Of a DNA stretch of 22,659 nucleotides, positions 9,568 through 18,002 are shown piece by piece (the stretch's first letter is position 1; every line of letters starts with the position of its first letter). The notes under the pieces were generated by a model that saw nothing but the letters and a program-made list of their open reading frames with translations, had not been told where the DNA came from and did no database searches. The DNA lies in NCBI GenBank assembly GCA_965367995.1, contig CBDULE010000003.1, positions 1-22,659 on the forward strand. Reading direction: 5' to 3'. Made by a program: the position numbers and the translations under genes. This stretch comes from an uncultured archaeon (lineage in GTDB: Archaea > Asgardarchaeota > Njordarchaeia > Njordarchaeales > Njordarchaeaceae).

Positions 9568-9610
9568 ATTTATTTTGTCCCTTTTCTAGTCTTAATTCCT
9601 TTTTTATTTT

Positions 9611-10414
9611 TTAGACGATTCTTGGCGCTAATAGGTACGTTAACTCTATACCTCCTCCTATTTTGAATGTCATCTTTAATGGCATGTTCTTAGAATACTC
9701 TATTCTCACGATATCTGCTACTTTAGCAGCTCTTATGAATTTCTTTAAGAAGTCCAGTGAATATAATGATTCAGCATCATCTTTTACCTCATAATTAACA
9801 ACAGTATCTTCTCTCTCTAAAGGTGCTACATATTCGTAAAATTGTCCAGTATCGCTCTCAGCTATAAACCTCATCTCTTTCTCTTCCTTTGATGTCACTA
9901 ATCTTAGATCGTCTCCAATTATTTTAGCGTCTGCAATTATATCGTTTAGGAAATTAGCAGGTGAGAACTCAACAATTACATCATATTCAAGCTCTCTTAT
10001 GTTTATTCTTTCCTCTGGTATTTCCAATAAGGGAAGAGCGAAAGTTCTCTGTAAGGTCATGTCCTCAGGTGTTCCACGGTAGAATGTTATTGCAAAGTAA
10101 TGCTTCTCTTTCTGCTGTTTTAGCTCGAAGAGTAGGCTATCTTTAGCTTTACCTCTCTGAATTATCTTCTTGAGATCTGTAAAGTTTACTCCAATTACAA
10201 TAGTATCTCCCTCTTCTGGAGGCTCAAATTCATATATGTGAAAAGCTGAGGCAGGCATTGTTAGAATTGCCATAGCAACTCTACTATCATCCATCGCAGA
10301 GAATTCAATACCATCCTCTTTTACATAAAAATTTCCTTCACTAATAACGCCAGCTATTGCAGCTAATATCTCCTTAAATATTTTTCCCTCATCATATGCA
10401 GCCTTCCAGTACAT
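9611..10414 (-). CDS. pcn: DNA polymerase sliding clamp PCNA
   Basis: MYWKAAYDEGKIFKEILAAIAGVISEGNFYVKEDGIEFSAMDDSRVAMAILTMPASAFHIYEF aligns in pattern with archaeal PCNA N-termini. I chose the start at ATG 10414 because a GGTG SD lies 7 nt upstream and it aligns with other PCNAs. The track start at 10441 would add 9 aa. Confidence 0.85.
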   Translation of the reverse strand: MYWKAAYDEGKIFKEILAAIAGVISEGNFYVKEDGIEFSAMDDSRVAMAILTMPASAFHIYEFEPPEEGDTIVIGVNFTDLKKIIQRGKAKDSLLFELKQQKEKHYFAITFYRGTPEDMTLQRTFALPLLEIPEERINIRELEYDVIVEFSPANFLNDIIADAKIIGDDLRLVTSKEEKEMRFIAESDTGQFYEYVAPLEREDTVVNYEVKDDAESLYSLDFLKKFIRAAKVADIVRIEYSKNMPLKMTFKIGGGIELTYLLAPRIV

Positions 10415-10525
10415 ATAAGAACACCTTTTCAACTCCATCAAACATTCTTCTCAAACTTTAAAATAGCAGATAACATCTTTAAAACATATTGTTCATAAGC
10501 ATGATGATTCTATTGGTGTAATGCA

Positions 10526-11923
10526 ATGAAGAAGGAAATAATTCACATTTTCAGAGCTTATGATATAAGAGGAATTACTGGTAAAACTCTTTTTCCAGAT
10601 GTGATTGTGAAGTCCTCCGCTATTTTTGCTAACATATTGGAAGATGAAGGAGTGCGTTTGGTAGCAGTATCCGGGGACGGAAGAACATCGAGTCACATCT
10701 ACACAAATGCTGCCGCTGCTGGAATTGCGGCTGCTGGGTTAGATGTCTATGTATATGATAAACTTCCAATACCAACATTTTACTTTAAGATCTGGAAGGA
10801 GAAAAAAATTGGAGGAGGAGCTTATGTAACAGCTTCGCATAACCCACCTGAATGGAATGGTATCAGATATCGCAGGGGAGATGGTACTGGTTCTCCAGAA
10901 GATAATAAGGTGATTAAAGAGAGATTTATTAAAGATGAGGTCAGATGGGCCTCCTGGGAAGAGGTGGGTAACATTTATCATTTCTCAAATAAAGAGATCA
11001 TTGCGGAATATCTTGAATTTGCATGGAATTTAGAGCCAAATCCTGAGAGAAAATTAAAGATTGTTATTGATACTATGAATGGAGTTGGAGGTATTCTTAT
11101 TCCGTATCTCTTATCAAAACATCATGATATATTAGCTATAAATGCTCAAGTTGATGGAAGATTTCCTTCTGGTTGGCCTGATCCTGTCGATAGCGACATC
11201 AGTAAATTACAAAATTTGGTGACTTATACTAAGGCTGATATGGGTGCCGCTTTTGATGGGGACGCTGATAGAAGTGTGATAGTAGATGATAAGGGCAGAA
11301 GAGTTCAGGCAGAAATTGTTGGAATTCTTTTAGCTGAAGAGTTATTAAAAACCGGAGATGTCGTCGTTTACAATGCTGAGTGTTCATCGATATTGAGGGA
11401 AAAACTCGAAGAGATGGGAATTAAGACTGTAGAGACAAGAGTTGGAGATGTCTTTGTTGCAGAAACAGCAAAGAAGCATAAGGCAAAACTTTGTATTGAA
11501 GGCAGTTATCACATTTTCTTACCAATATATGGATTTTACTACGATGATGCAATGTTAGCGACATATATTTTTGCTGCTATATTAACAAGGAAAAAGAAAC
11601 CTTTATCTGAAATTGTTGATGAAATTGGTAGATTCTACGTTTTACGTGAGAACATTCATGTGGATGATGCTATAAAATGGGATCTCATGGATTACATGAA
11701 AGAGAAATTCATTAGAGAGTACTCTGACGTAAGTACGATTGATGGTGTGAAAATATACCTTGAAAAAGCATCTGTATTAATTCGTCCGAGCAATACCGAG
11801 CCCATGATTAGAATCATAAGCGAGGCTAGAAGCGAAACAAAGGTGGCTGAGATACATAAAGAGTTCGTTAAGAAGGTTAAGAGGTATATCGAGGAGTACT
11901 CTTTGAAGGTGAAGAAATCCTAA
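10526..11923 (+). CDS. Phosphoglucomutase/phosphomannomutase-family phosphohexomutase
   Basis: Active-site serine loop TASHNPPEWNGI. Metal-binding loop FDGDADR. Sugar-binding region EGSYH, and a phosphate-binding loop near IRPSNTEP. A GGTG SD is upstream. Substrate specificity (GlcN, Man or Glc) cannot be told from the sequence. Confidence 0.85.
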   Translation: MKKEIIHIFRAYDIRGITGKTLFPDVIVKSSAIFANILEDEGVRLVAVSGDGRTSSHIYTNAAAAGIAAAGLDVYVYDKLPIPTFYFKIWKEKKIGGGAYVTASHNPPEWNGIRYRRGDGTGSPEDNKVIKERFIKDEVRWASWEEVGNIYHFSNKEIIAEYLEFAWNLEPNPERKLKIVIDTMNGVGGILIPYLLSKHHDILAINAQVDGRFPSGWPDPVDSDISKLQNLVTYTKADMGAAFDGDADRSVIVDDKGRRVQAEIVGILLAEELLKTGDVVVYNAECSSILREKLEEMGIKTVETRVGDVFVAETAKKHKAKLCIEGSYHIFLPIYGFYYDDAMLATYIFAAILTRKKKPLSEIVDEIGRFYVLRENIHVDDAIKWDLMDYMKEKFIREYSDVSTIDGVKIYLEKASVLIRPSNTEPMIRIISEARSETKVAEIHKEFVKKVKRYIEEYSLKVKKS

Positions 11924-12725
11924 ATAATTTTATCGCATTCCTAGTAGTCACATTCAAAACTTCCTTTATATCTACCTCTTTTATTGATGAGATCACTGCT
12001 GCTGAAAAAAGGACATATAAAGGCTCACTATTTTCTCCTCTTTTAGGTGAAAATATGGGTGAATCTGTTTCTAGCATAATATTATCTAAGGGCAATGCTT
12101 TTACGAGCTTTTTCTTCTGGGGACTAAATGCTACCGATGGAGGAATACTAAAGTAAAAACCAGCTTCTATCCCCTTAAGAGCATATTTTGCCTTGCCGGA
12201 GAAAGCGTGTAATAAAACCCTCTCTGCCCCCTCTCTTATTAAAACTTCTATTGTTTGCCTTCCTGCTGCTCTTGAATGAATCACTAAAGGCTTATCGAGC
12301 TCTTTTGCGAGGTCAATAAATCTTTTAAACTTGTCAATTTGGCTCTTCATTATCTCCGGTTTATTGTAAGGAGGTGTAAAATCTAAGCCAACTTCTCCGA
12401 TAGCAATTATCTTGTCAGAATTTTCAAGAATCCAATTTATTACTCTATCTACATCCTCATTAAATAATGGATGAGACCCTGTTACAACCTTGATCCAGGG
12501 ATGATATTTCTCTCTCAACATAAGAGCTCTCTCCCGCTCCCTTTGAGTAAGGGGAGTAGAAAACATCATAATTCTCTTTTCTATAGCTCTCTTAATAGCC
12601 TCCTCTCTTTCTTCTTCTGAATATGCATCTGACTCAATGTGACAATGAGCATCAACAATAAAATCGTAATTTATCTTCGAAACTTGCTCAATAATGTAAT
12701 CTATTATGCTCTCTTTATCCGACAT
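11877..12725 (-). CDS. tatD: TatD-family metal-dependent hydrolase/DNase
   Basis: DAHCHI metal-binding motif near the N-terminus. Also GEVGLDF, VIHSR, LHAFSG and ETDSP blocks typical of the TatD/amidohydrolase fold. The 3' end overlaps the convergent phosphohexomutase gene by 47 nt. Confidence 0.8.
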   Translation of the reverse strand: MSDKESIIDYIIEQVSKINYDFIVDAHCHIESDAYSEEEREEAIKRAIEKRIMMFSTPLTQRERERALMLREKYHPWIKVVTGSHPLFNEDVDRVINWILENSDKIIAIGEVGLDFTPPYNKPEIMKSQIDKFKRFIDLAKELDKPLVIHSRAAGRQTIEVLIREGAERVLLHAFSGKAKYALKGIEAGFYFSIPPSVAFSPQKKKLVKALPLDNIMLETDSPIFSPKRGENSEPLYVLFSAAVISSIKEVDIKEVLNVTTRNAIKLFRISSPSKSTPRYTS

Positions 12726-12838
12726 TTACAATCCCTATTCCTGAAATGATGAAAGATAAATATATTAAGACTGACTTTCAGAGCAATATAACTAAGTTTT
12801 TTAAGGAATTTCATCCAATCTTTACAAAAAGCGATTGA

Positions 12839-12895
12839 GAGATGATGAAATCTGGCAAATGGCTAATTGATGGCCGATCACAGTTACTCTGATCC
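12839..12895 (+). ncRNA. Weaker candidate C/D box sRNA
   Basis: C box AUGAUGA at 12842-12848, then a 12-nt spacer. A poor D' (GGCU) follows. C'-like UGAUGG is at 12868-12873, then a 15-nt spacer. D box CUGA is at 12889-12892. The box geometry matches the 2594-2651 candidate. However, D' and C' are degenerate, the terminal stem is poor, and the 3' end overlaps the stop of the opposite-strand CDS. Confidence 0.25.
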
Positions 12896-13333
12896 TCTTC
12901 TCATCAACTTCTCAATATGCTTCTCAAGCTCTCTCGCTGTTAATTTGCAATACTTGTGAAATTTAAATGTAAAGTGAATAATATCGCTACCATCTCCAAG
13001 CTTTATTTCTCCCAAGTAAGCAGCTTGTTTATCTAGTCTTATATAAAGAACTTGCTCCCTCTCATCATATCTTTCCGCTATCCAGTCTGGGTAGGTAAAA
13101 GCATGCATGTTAGAAAAAATGAACTTAAAGATTTTACTTGCATCCCTTGAATCTTTAACAAACGCCTCATATCTAATTATCGGATTACCATAATATCCTC
13201 TGTAAACATCTCTAACAAGTGTTATTTTTACTCCAGGAGGAAGAACATTTTTCAGAGCCCTTAATACCTTTCTCTCATCCTCTGTAGCATGGACATGGAA
13301 AGCTATCTTTACATTTGCTATTTTAATTGGCAT
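12884..13333 (-). CDS. DUF54/COG1325-like predicted RNA-binding (exosome-associated) protein
   Basis: N-terminal beta strand followed by HATEDERKV, then GYYGNPII. I recognise this pattern from the small archaeal TED-motif RNA-binding families. The family assignment is from memory only. Confidence 0.45.
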   Translation of the reverse strand: MPIKIANVKIAFHVHATEDERKVLRALKNVLPPGVKITLVRDVYRGYYGNPIIRYEAFVKDSRDASKIFKFIFSNMHAFTYPDWIAERYDEREQVLYIRLDKQAAYLGEIKLGDGSDIIHFTFKFHKYCKLTARELEKHIEKLMRRGSE

Positions 13334-13388
13334 CGTTATTCACAATTTTTCAAATGTTAATAAAATGAAGAATAAGGAATTTTTTGCT

Positions 13389-14015
13389 TCATGATGAAAG
13401 GAGTTTTTCTCTCGTTTGCTTAGCTAACGATTTGAGCTGTTCTAAGTAAACTTCTGGATAAACTCTATAAAGCATTGCAAGCCTAGCAGCTTCTTGAAAT
13501 ACTCTCTTAACGCCTAGACCTTCAATTGCAACTGTTTTGAAAATTGGGAATGGTCCATCAACTCTGAGTGCTCTTATTAAGACAGATTCAGGAAGAGCAT
13601 CTGGTAGATCTCTCTTATTGAGAACGATTAGTAGAGGAATTTTACCCCATTGATCCCCTAGAAATTCTCTCAACTCATTAATGGAATAGATATTTTCTTG
13701 GAGTGCTTGAGGGTCACTATCAGCTACAAAAACGACAGCATCCGCTCCTTGTAGAATAATTTTTCTCTGTTGCTTATGTCTACGCTGACCAGGGACAGTA
13801 TATATATCAAAGTATACTTTACCCCTAGTTCCAAGGGGCATATAATCAAAATATAGCGTTCTTCCACTTGAATCTTCAATAGACTTTATCTGTCCCTTTT
13901 TAAGTCCTAATATTTTATTATACAAAGCCCTTAGTATTGTCGTTTTTCCTGATAGAGATGGCCCATAAAGCACGATTTTGAAACGATAATTTCCGTATTT
14001 ATCTTTATAGACCAT
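13389..14015 (-). CDS. MglA-like Ras-superfamily small GTPase
   Basis: G1 is YGPSLSGKTT. G3 is the MglA-type variant YTVPGQ in place of DxxGQ. G4 is NKRD, and G5-like is TVAIEG. A GGGGA SD-like motif lies 7 nt upstream. Confidence 0.75.
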   Translation of the reverse strand: MVYKDKYGNYRFKIVLYGPSLSGKTTILRALYNKILGLKKGQIKSIEDSSGRTLYFDYMPLGTRGKVYFDIYTVPGQRRHKQQRKIILQGADAVVFVADSDPQALQENIYSINELREFLGDQWGKIPLLIVLNKRDLPDALPESVLIRALRVDGPFPIFKTVAIEGLGVKRVFQEAARLAMLYRVYPEVYLEQLKSLAKQTREKLLSS

Positions 14016-14248
14016 TCACATTCCCCATCGTCTTCAACATAATTTCCACGTTAAAAATTATAACTAAAGCTTGTATTAAAATATGCTTTCAAATTTCTAA
14101 GAGTTAAATGCCTCTCTGCTACTGAAGAAAATGATAAGTGCATTGATATGTTAATAAGCCTTTTGCTAGTTGACATATCGATACTAATGCCATCTCTAAA
14201 CTACTATAAGCGTTTAAACTCTTGTAAGCAATAGAGATGATTGACGTT

Positions 14249-14391
<143 letters not shown>

Positions 14392-14397
14392 TTCCGG

Positions 14398-14409
14398 CCA
14401 CGGGGCCGG
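14398..14409. repeat. Leader arm of the 12-bp inverted repeat bracketing the permuted 5S unit
   Basis: The plus strand reads ccacggggccgg. In the minus-sense RNA this is CCGGCCCCGUGG, immediately 5' of CCGGAA|GCUAAGCC. It is complementary to 14249-14260. Confidence 0.8.
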
Positions 14410-14440
14410 TTAAACCTGGACAAATTATTAGTAAATGAGT

Positions 14441-14456
14441 CTTGATTTTTAAATCT
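14441..14456 (-). promoter_or_regulatory. Putative TATA box/BRE for the permuted 5S transcription unit
   Basis: The minus sense reads AGAUUUAAAAAUCAAG. The TTTAAAAA core lies about 37 nt upstream of the leader helix. That would place a start site roughly 10-15 nt before the helix. The background is AT-rich, so specificity is low. Confidence 0.35.
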
Positions 14457-14573
14457 TTTGAAGAGGTTAAAATTTTAAATATATTTTAAGTTTTGAATGC
14501 TGGTTCAGCGTCCTTTATTCATTGGATATTTTTTACCGCAGAAAATATTAATAGAAGAAAAATAAAAATTATC

Positions 14574-14852
14574 TCACTCTTGTTTTGCGATAGTATCTAA
14601 AAGAGATATTGCTTCTAGGATTGCTGTTCTAGCAAATGTTGGTATCTGAGGATCATCTGTTACCTCTTGTAAAATATCAATTGCATTAGCAGCCCTCAAA
14701 GCTAGGCTTAAACTTTCATCCTCTAACTGCCTTAGTGCTTCTCTTGCGGCTCTTCTTATATTTCTGGGCGTTCCCATATCACGTGAAATTTTAATGAGAA
14801 TTTGCTTTGCCATTTTTAAATTCTCTTCTCTATCAGAAGGTGAGATTGACAT
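14574..14852 (-). CDS. UPF0147-family small helical protein
   Basis: GTPRNIRRAAREALRQL ... LRAANAIDILQEVTDDPQIPTFARTAILEAISLLD matches the remembered UPF0147/COG1698 signature (PRNIRR ... DPNMP ... RT). I set the start at ATG 14852 because a GAGGTG SD lies 7 nt upstream. The track's GTG at 14867 lies within that SD. Confidence 0.7.
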   Translation of the reverse strand: MSISPSDREENLKMAKQILIKISRDMGTPRNIRRAAREALRQLEDESLSLALRAANAIDILQEVTDDPQIPTFARTAILEAISLLDTIAKQE

Positions 14853-14964
14853 CGGCCAACACCTCACTTTAGTCTTACTAAAAATTTTAGGAGAGTGGTT
14901 AGAAAATCTTTTATTAAGGGGAAAAATTCTGAGTTTTTCTTAAAATGCTTTTCAAATTAAAATT

Positions 14965-15180
14965 TTATTTTTTCGCCTTAGCAGAAAGTAAAGCAATTCT
15001 TCTTTCCTTTGCTTTCCTCCCAGCAACAGTCCACTTCTCCTTTTCTGGTTTCCTCTTTCTCTTTAAGTAATAAACTCTGCATTTTTTCGAGCAAAACCAT
15101 AATGTTTTGCCACTATTAAGCACATAAAGCCTTCCTGTACCCGGTACAATCTCCCTTCCACAAAACGCACAAACTGGCAT
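14965..15180 (-). CDS. rpl24e: 50S ribosomal protein L24e (eL24)
   Basis: CAFCGREIVPGTGRLYVLNSGKTLWFCSKKC is the zinc-ribbon pattern of L24e. An AGGAGGT SD is upstream. It is the third gene of the conserved L7Ae-S28e-L24e cluster. Confidence 0.9.
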   Translation of the reverse strand: MPVCAFCGREIVPGTGRLYVLNSGKTLWFCSKKCRVYYLKRKRKPEKEKWTVAGRKAKERRIALLSAKAKK

Positions 15181-15185
15181 AAGGC

Positions 15186-15443
15186 TTACCTCCTAACAGC
15201 TTTAATCTTCTGAGCTTCTCTCTCTGTTTCTCTTAGCATTAATATATCTCCTGGTCTAACAGGTCCTTTTACGTTTCTCGTAATTATCCTACCCTTATCT
15301 CTCCCAGCTAAAACTCTTACTCTGACTTGAATTACTTCGCCTGCCCTCCCCATTCTGTCAACTATATATTCGACAACAGCGGGTATCCCTAACTCCTCAA
15401 GATCCTTCTCGCTCATCTCGATTTCTTCAATCTCCTCTGACAT
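15186..15443 (-). CDS. rps28e: 30S ribosomal protein S28e (eS28)
   Basis: [57 protein letters not shown] is a typical S28e core. It carries a short acidic N-terminal extension. Confidence 0.9.
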   Translation of the reverse strand: MSEEIEEIEMSEKDLEELGIPAVVEYIVDRMGRAGEVIQVRVRVLAGRDKGRIITRNVKGPVRPGDILMLRETEREAQKIKAVRR

Positions 15444-15487
15444 TATGACACCTTTGCTTAATTCTTTGAAAAATTAAGAAGTATTTT

Positions 15488-15871
15488 TTACTTCTTGCTT
15501 AATCTAAGCTCCTTTATCTTTTGAATAATCTTTTGCAATCTATCAGCAAGCTCTCCAGGTTCAATTATTGCAGCAGATGAGGCTGGTCTTTCAATTCCGG
15601 CAGCTTTACCTAATTCAGCTTTAGACGGGACAAAGAGATAAGGTACTCCTCTCTCTTCACAGAGAGCTGGAAGATGGAAAACTATCTCTGGTGGATTAAC
15701 ATCCATAGCTATATATACCAATTTTGCTTGCCCTCTCTCTATTGATTTTGTTGTCTCATTAACTCCTTTTCTAATCTTGCCCCCTCTTTGTCTTACTTCT
15801 TCGAGTAATTTTAAAGCCTCCTTAGCTAACTCGGGAGGAGTCTCCCATGTAACATAGGGTGGAAGCGACAT
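15488..15871 (-). CDS. rpl7ae: 50S ribosomal protein L7Ae (eL8), K-turn binding protein
   Basis: [61 protein letters not shown] is the L7Ae signature. An AGGTGATG SD is directly upstream. Confidence 0.92.
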   Translation of the reverse strand: MSLPPYVTWETPPELAKEALKLLEEVRQRGGKIRKGVNETTKSIERGQAKLVYIAMDVNPPEIVFHLPALCEERGVPYLFVPSKAELGKAAGIERPASSAAIIEPGELADRLQKIIQKIKELRLSKK

Positions 15872-15939
15872 CCATCATCACCTGGTTCATCAAACTTTAT
15901 TAAAACCTTTTTCAAGATTTTTCTGTGATTAAAGAGAGA

Positions 15940-16428
15940 CTAATCAAGTTTTATATTTTTCTTTTTAAGCCATTCGTCTAAATTGTGAATTATTTCCTTT
16001 GGATCCCTATCCTCACATTTAACTCCCATGTTTCTCATTGTCCCAAGTACCTGTTTTATTGCACCCTTAATGTCTTTGACCATCATGTATTCCAACTTCA
16101 TTTTCGCTATTTTAACAACCTGCTCAAGAGTCAAATTTCCAACCCATTCTTTAGTCGGATTGGATGCTCCTTTTTCAATTCCCGCCTCTTTCTTTATTAA
16201 TGCTGATGTTAAAGGTGGTTCAGGAATAATCTCCCATGTTCTCTCTGTAGTATCTACAATAATTCTTACAGGAACCGTCATACCCTTCCACTTTGCTATC
16301 GCTTTATTGATATCAGCTACAACCCTACCAACTGGTAAACCAAGCTGACCCAATGCTGGACCTAGTGGAGGTTGAGGCGTTGCTTGTCCTTTCTTAATTA
16401 AAAATCTAAGTTCAACTTTTTTACCCAT
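15940..16428 (-). CDS. rpl11: 50S ribosomal protein L11 (uL11)
   Basis: GQATPQPPLGPALGQLGLPVGRVVADINK ... PPLTSALIKKEAGIEKGASNP is the L11 signature. An AGGTG SD is upstream. NusG, L1, L10 and L12 are not adjacent. Confidence 0.9.
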   Translation of the reverse strand: MGKKVELRFLIKKGQATPQPPLGPALGQLGLPVGRVVADINKAIAKWKGMTVPVRIIVDTTERTWEIIPEPPLTSALIKKEAGIEKGASNPTKEWVGNLTLEQVVKIAKMKLEYMMVKDIKGAIKQVLGTMRNMGVKCEDRDPKEIIHNLDEWLKKKNIKLD

Positions 16429-16517
16429 AATAACACCTTAGCTGAATACGCTCTTTCATCTATTTTCAAGACATTATCTTAAAAAATTAACTTATAATAT
16501 TCACATTTCGCTGAGCT

Positions 16518-17942
16518 TTACCCAAGGCCAATTTTTCTTTTCTCAACTTCGTAAAACTCATCATCGTATCTTAAGTAACCAATCCAGACTTTAGATATTC
16601 CTCCTTCCTTAAGCTTCCTCGCGATAATATTAACATATCCCTTCTCAAAATCAATTTCTTTAACTATCCCTACACCAATGAATTCATCATTATCATCGCT
16701 AAGACCAACAAGAAGCCCATTATAATAGTTATCTTTGATAATCTGGATAGATATTTCATCGGGTTTTCTTTCAGCTATGATACTTCCCAAACGAAGAACG
16801 GATTCTTCATTAAGGTGAGTTAACAGAGGAGACGTCCTTATACGCTCACTTACATCCATCCCAAGCTTTTTGGCTAAATACACAGTTTTTATTGTAACTA
16901 TAAATCTTCTAGCGTTTTCTAGAATTTCCCTCCTATTCTTTATATTTCTAACAACTAGAAGGAAAACATCAGGAGAAAGTTCTGCATATACAACATCCTC
17001 TCCAAATATCAGATTTGGATTTGGGATGGGCATTCCTGTTTTCAAGAAAACATATTCAAATTTTAGGTCGTTCATTTTCAAAGTCATCTTTTCATACTCC
17101 TTAAAAAATTCAGTAATTTTCTCTCTTCTTCTGTTTATCCTAATCTCTCTTGGAATCTTTTTAATTCTAGGCGGGCTTTTAACTTCGATTAGCTTGTTCT
17201 TAGGAATTAAAGACTTTAAATGGTAAAGCTCATTTTCACGCTCAATTGTTACGATTAGATCTGGATTCATTAAGCTTATTTTACCCATTTTTAAAGCTCT
17301 TGCAGGTCCTCCAAAAACCATTCCAGTTGTATCTATGATTACAATCTCTGCACCCATTTTAATTAGCTCCATAGTAACTTTGTCTACTCCTATAAGAACT
17401 TGAAGAAGATGGCCAGCAGGAGTGTTATCACCTATAAAGTAAAATGTCGTAGGCAGAAGCTCATCCATTGATACTCGCTTTTTATCCAGAATAGCTCCAG
17501 ATATAATGCCGGGTATTCCTATTTTAGCTTGGCCAATATCCGAATCAACGATTCCAACTTTAATTCCATCATCTAAGAGAGTATTCGCTAGTGTTATTGT
17601 GAAACTACTTTTCCCAACGTCACAAAATCCTAAAACAAGAACTTTAAGAGGCTTCTTTTCTTTAACTTTTTCTCTCACTATTTCGATAGCTTTTAACCAG
17701 CTTTCTGTAAATAGCTCTTTAACTCTGGTTTTTTGGCACTCTCCTATAAATTTTAACTCCGTCTCCATCAAAATTTTGACGGGATATACCTTCCCGCTCG
17801 GAATTTCTACTATATCATTTTCATGAAAATCCTTACCAAAAATGTCAATTAAGCCGCTTTCAATTAAGATTTTGCAGGGACCTTTAACCAATAAATTAGT
17901 CCCCTCTGGTATCTTCATATCCTGCACACAGTGAAGAACCAT
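16518..17942 (-). CDS. Clp1/Grc3-family polynucleotide 5'-hydroxyl kinase with a C-terminal extension
   Basis: P-loop VLGFCDVGKSSF is followed by VDSDIGQ, the Clp1-type Walker A and D-x-D-x-GQ arrangement. An N-terminal beta domain precedes it. About 150 aa of unassigned sequence follow the kinase core. Confidence 0.7.
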   Translation of the reverse strand: MVLHCVQDMKIPEGTNLLVKGPCKILIESGLIDIFGKDFHENDIVEIPSGKVYPVKILMETELKFIGECQKTRVKELFTESWLKAIEIVREKVKEKKPLKVLVLGFCDVGKSSFTITLANTLLDDGIKVGIVDSDIGQAKIGIPGIISGAILDKKRVSMDELLPTTFYFIGDNTPAGHLLQVLIGVDKVTMELIKMGAEIVIIDTTGMVFGGPARALKMGKISLMNPDLIVTIERENELYHLKSLIPKNKLIEVKSPPRIKKIPREIRINRRREKITEFFKEYEKMTLKMNDLKFEYVFLKTGMPIPNPNLIFGEDVVYAELSPDVFLLVVRNIKNRREILENARRFIVTIKTVYLAKKLGMDVSERIRTSPLLTHLNEESVLRLGSIIAERKPDEISIQIIKDNYYNGLLVGLSDDNDEFIGVGIVKEIDFEKGYVNIIARKLKEGGISKVWIGYLRYDDEFYEVEKRKIGLG

Positions 17943-18002
17943 TAAAATACCCTAAATACACTAGCTAGTTTAACTGTTAAAAATGATGAAGGTGAAAACT
18001 AT

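Noticed and set aside
10498-10560. ATGATGA followed by ATGAAGA and CAGA around the phosphohexomutase start codon
   Set aside because: The D box is absent (CAGA only), the element overlaps the SD and start of a well-supported CDS, and there is no terminal stem.
11877-11923. 47-nt overlap of the convergent phosphohexomutase and TatD 3' ends as a sign of a frameshift or misannotation
   Set aside because: Both proteins have complete conserved cores well before the overlap. The overlapping tails are short and unconserved-looking. Convergent 3' overlaps are common in compact genomes.
12745-12790. AATGATGA ... CTGA arrangement in the TatD upstream region that looks like a C/D half-mer
   Set aside because: The box spacing is 18 nt, there are no C'/D' boxes, the spacer is extremely AT-rich, and there is no terminal stem. 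Chance occurrence is likely in AT-rich promoter DNA.
15872-15905. Possible autoregulatory K-turn in the L7Ae 5' leader (minus sense ...UUUGAUGAACCAGGUGAUGAUGGAUG)
   Set aside because: GA-containing motifs are present, but I could not draw a C-stem, 3-nt bulge and tandem G-A arrangement. The GGUGAUG is more simply the Shine-Dalgarno sequence.
16028-16348. Antisense ORFs within real genes (also 1562-1795, 1681-1878, 2664-2849, 4754-5005, 5320-5562, 6536-6730, 6823-7224, 7834-8052, 9120-9458, 9961-10146, 10493-10696, 10739-10981, 15985-16200, 16870-17226, 17506-17826, 19014-19544, 19890-20114, 19996-20355, 22160-22357, 22285-22524)
   Set aside because: Each overlaps a longer ORF with clear family motifs on the opposite strand. 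They have biased, low-complexity composition and lack SD motifs.
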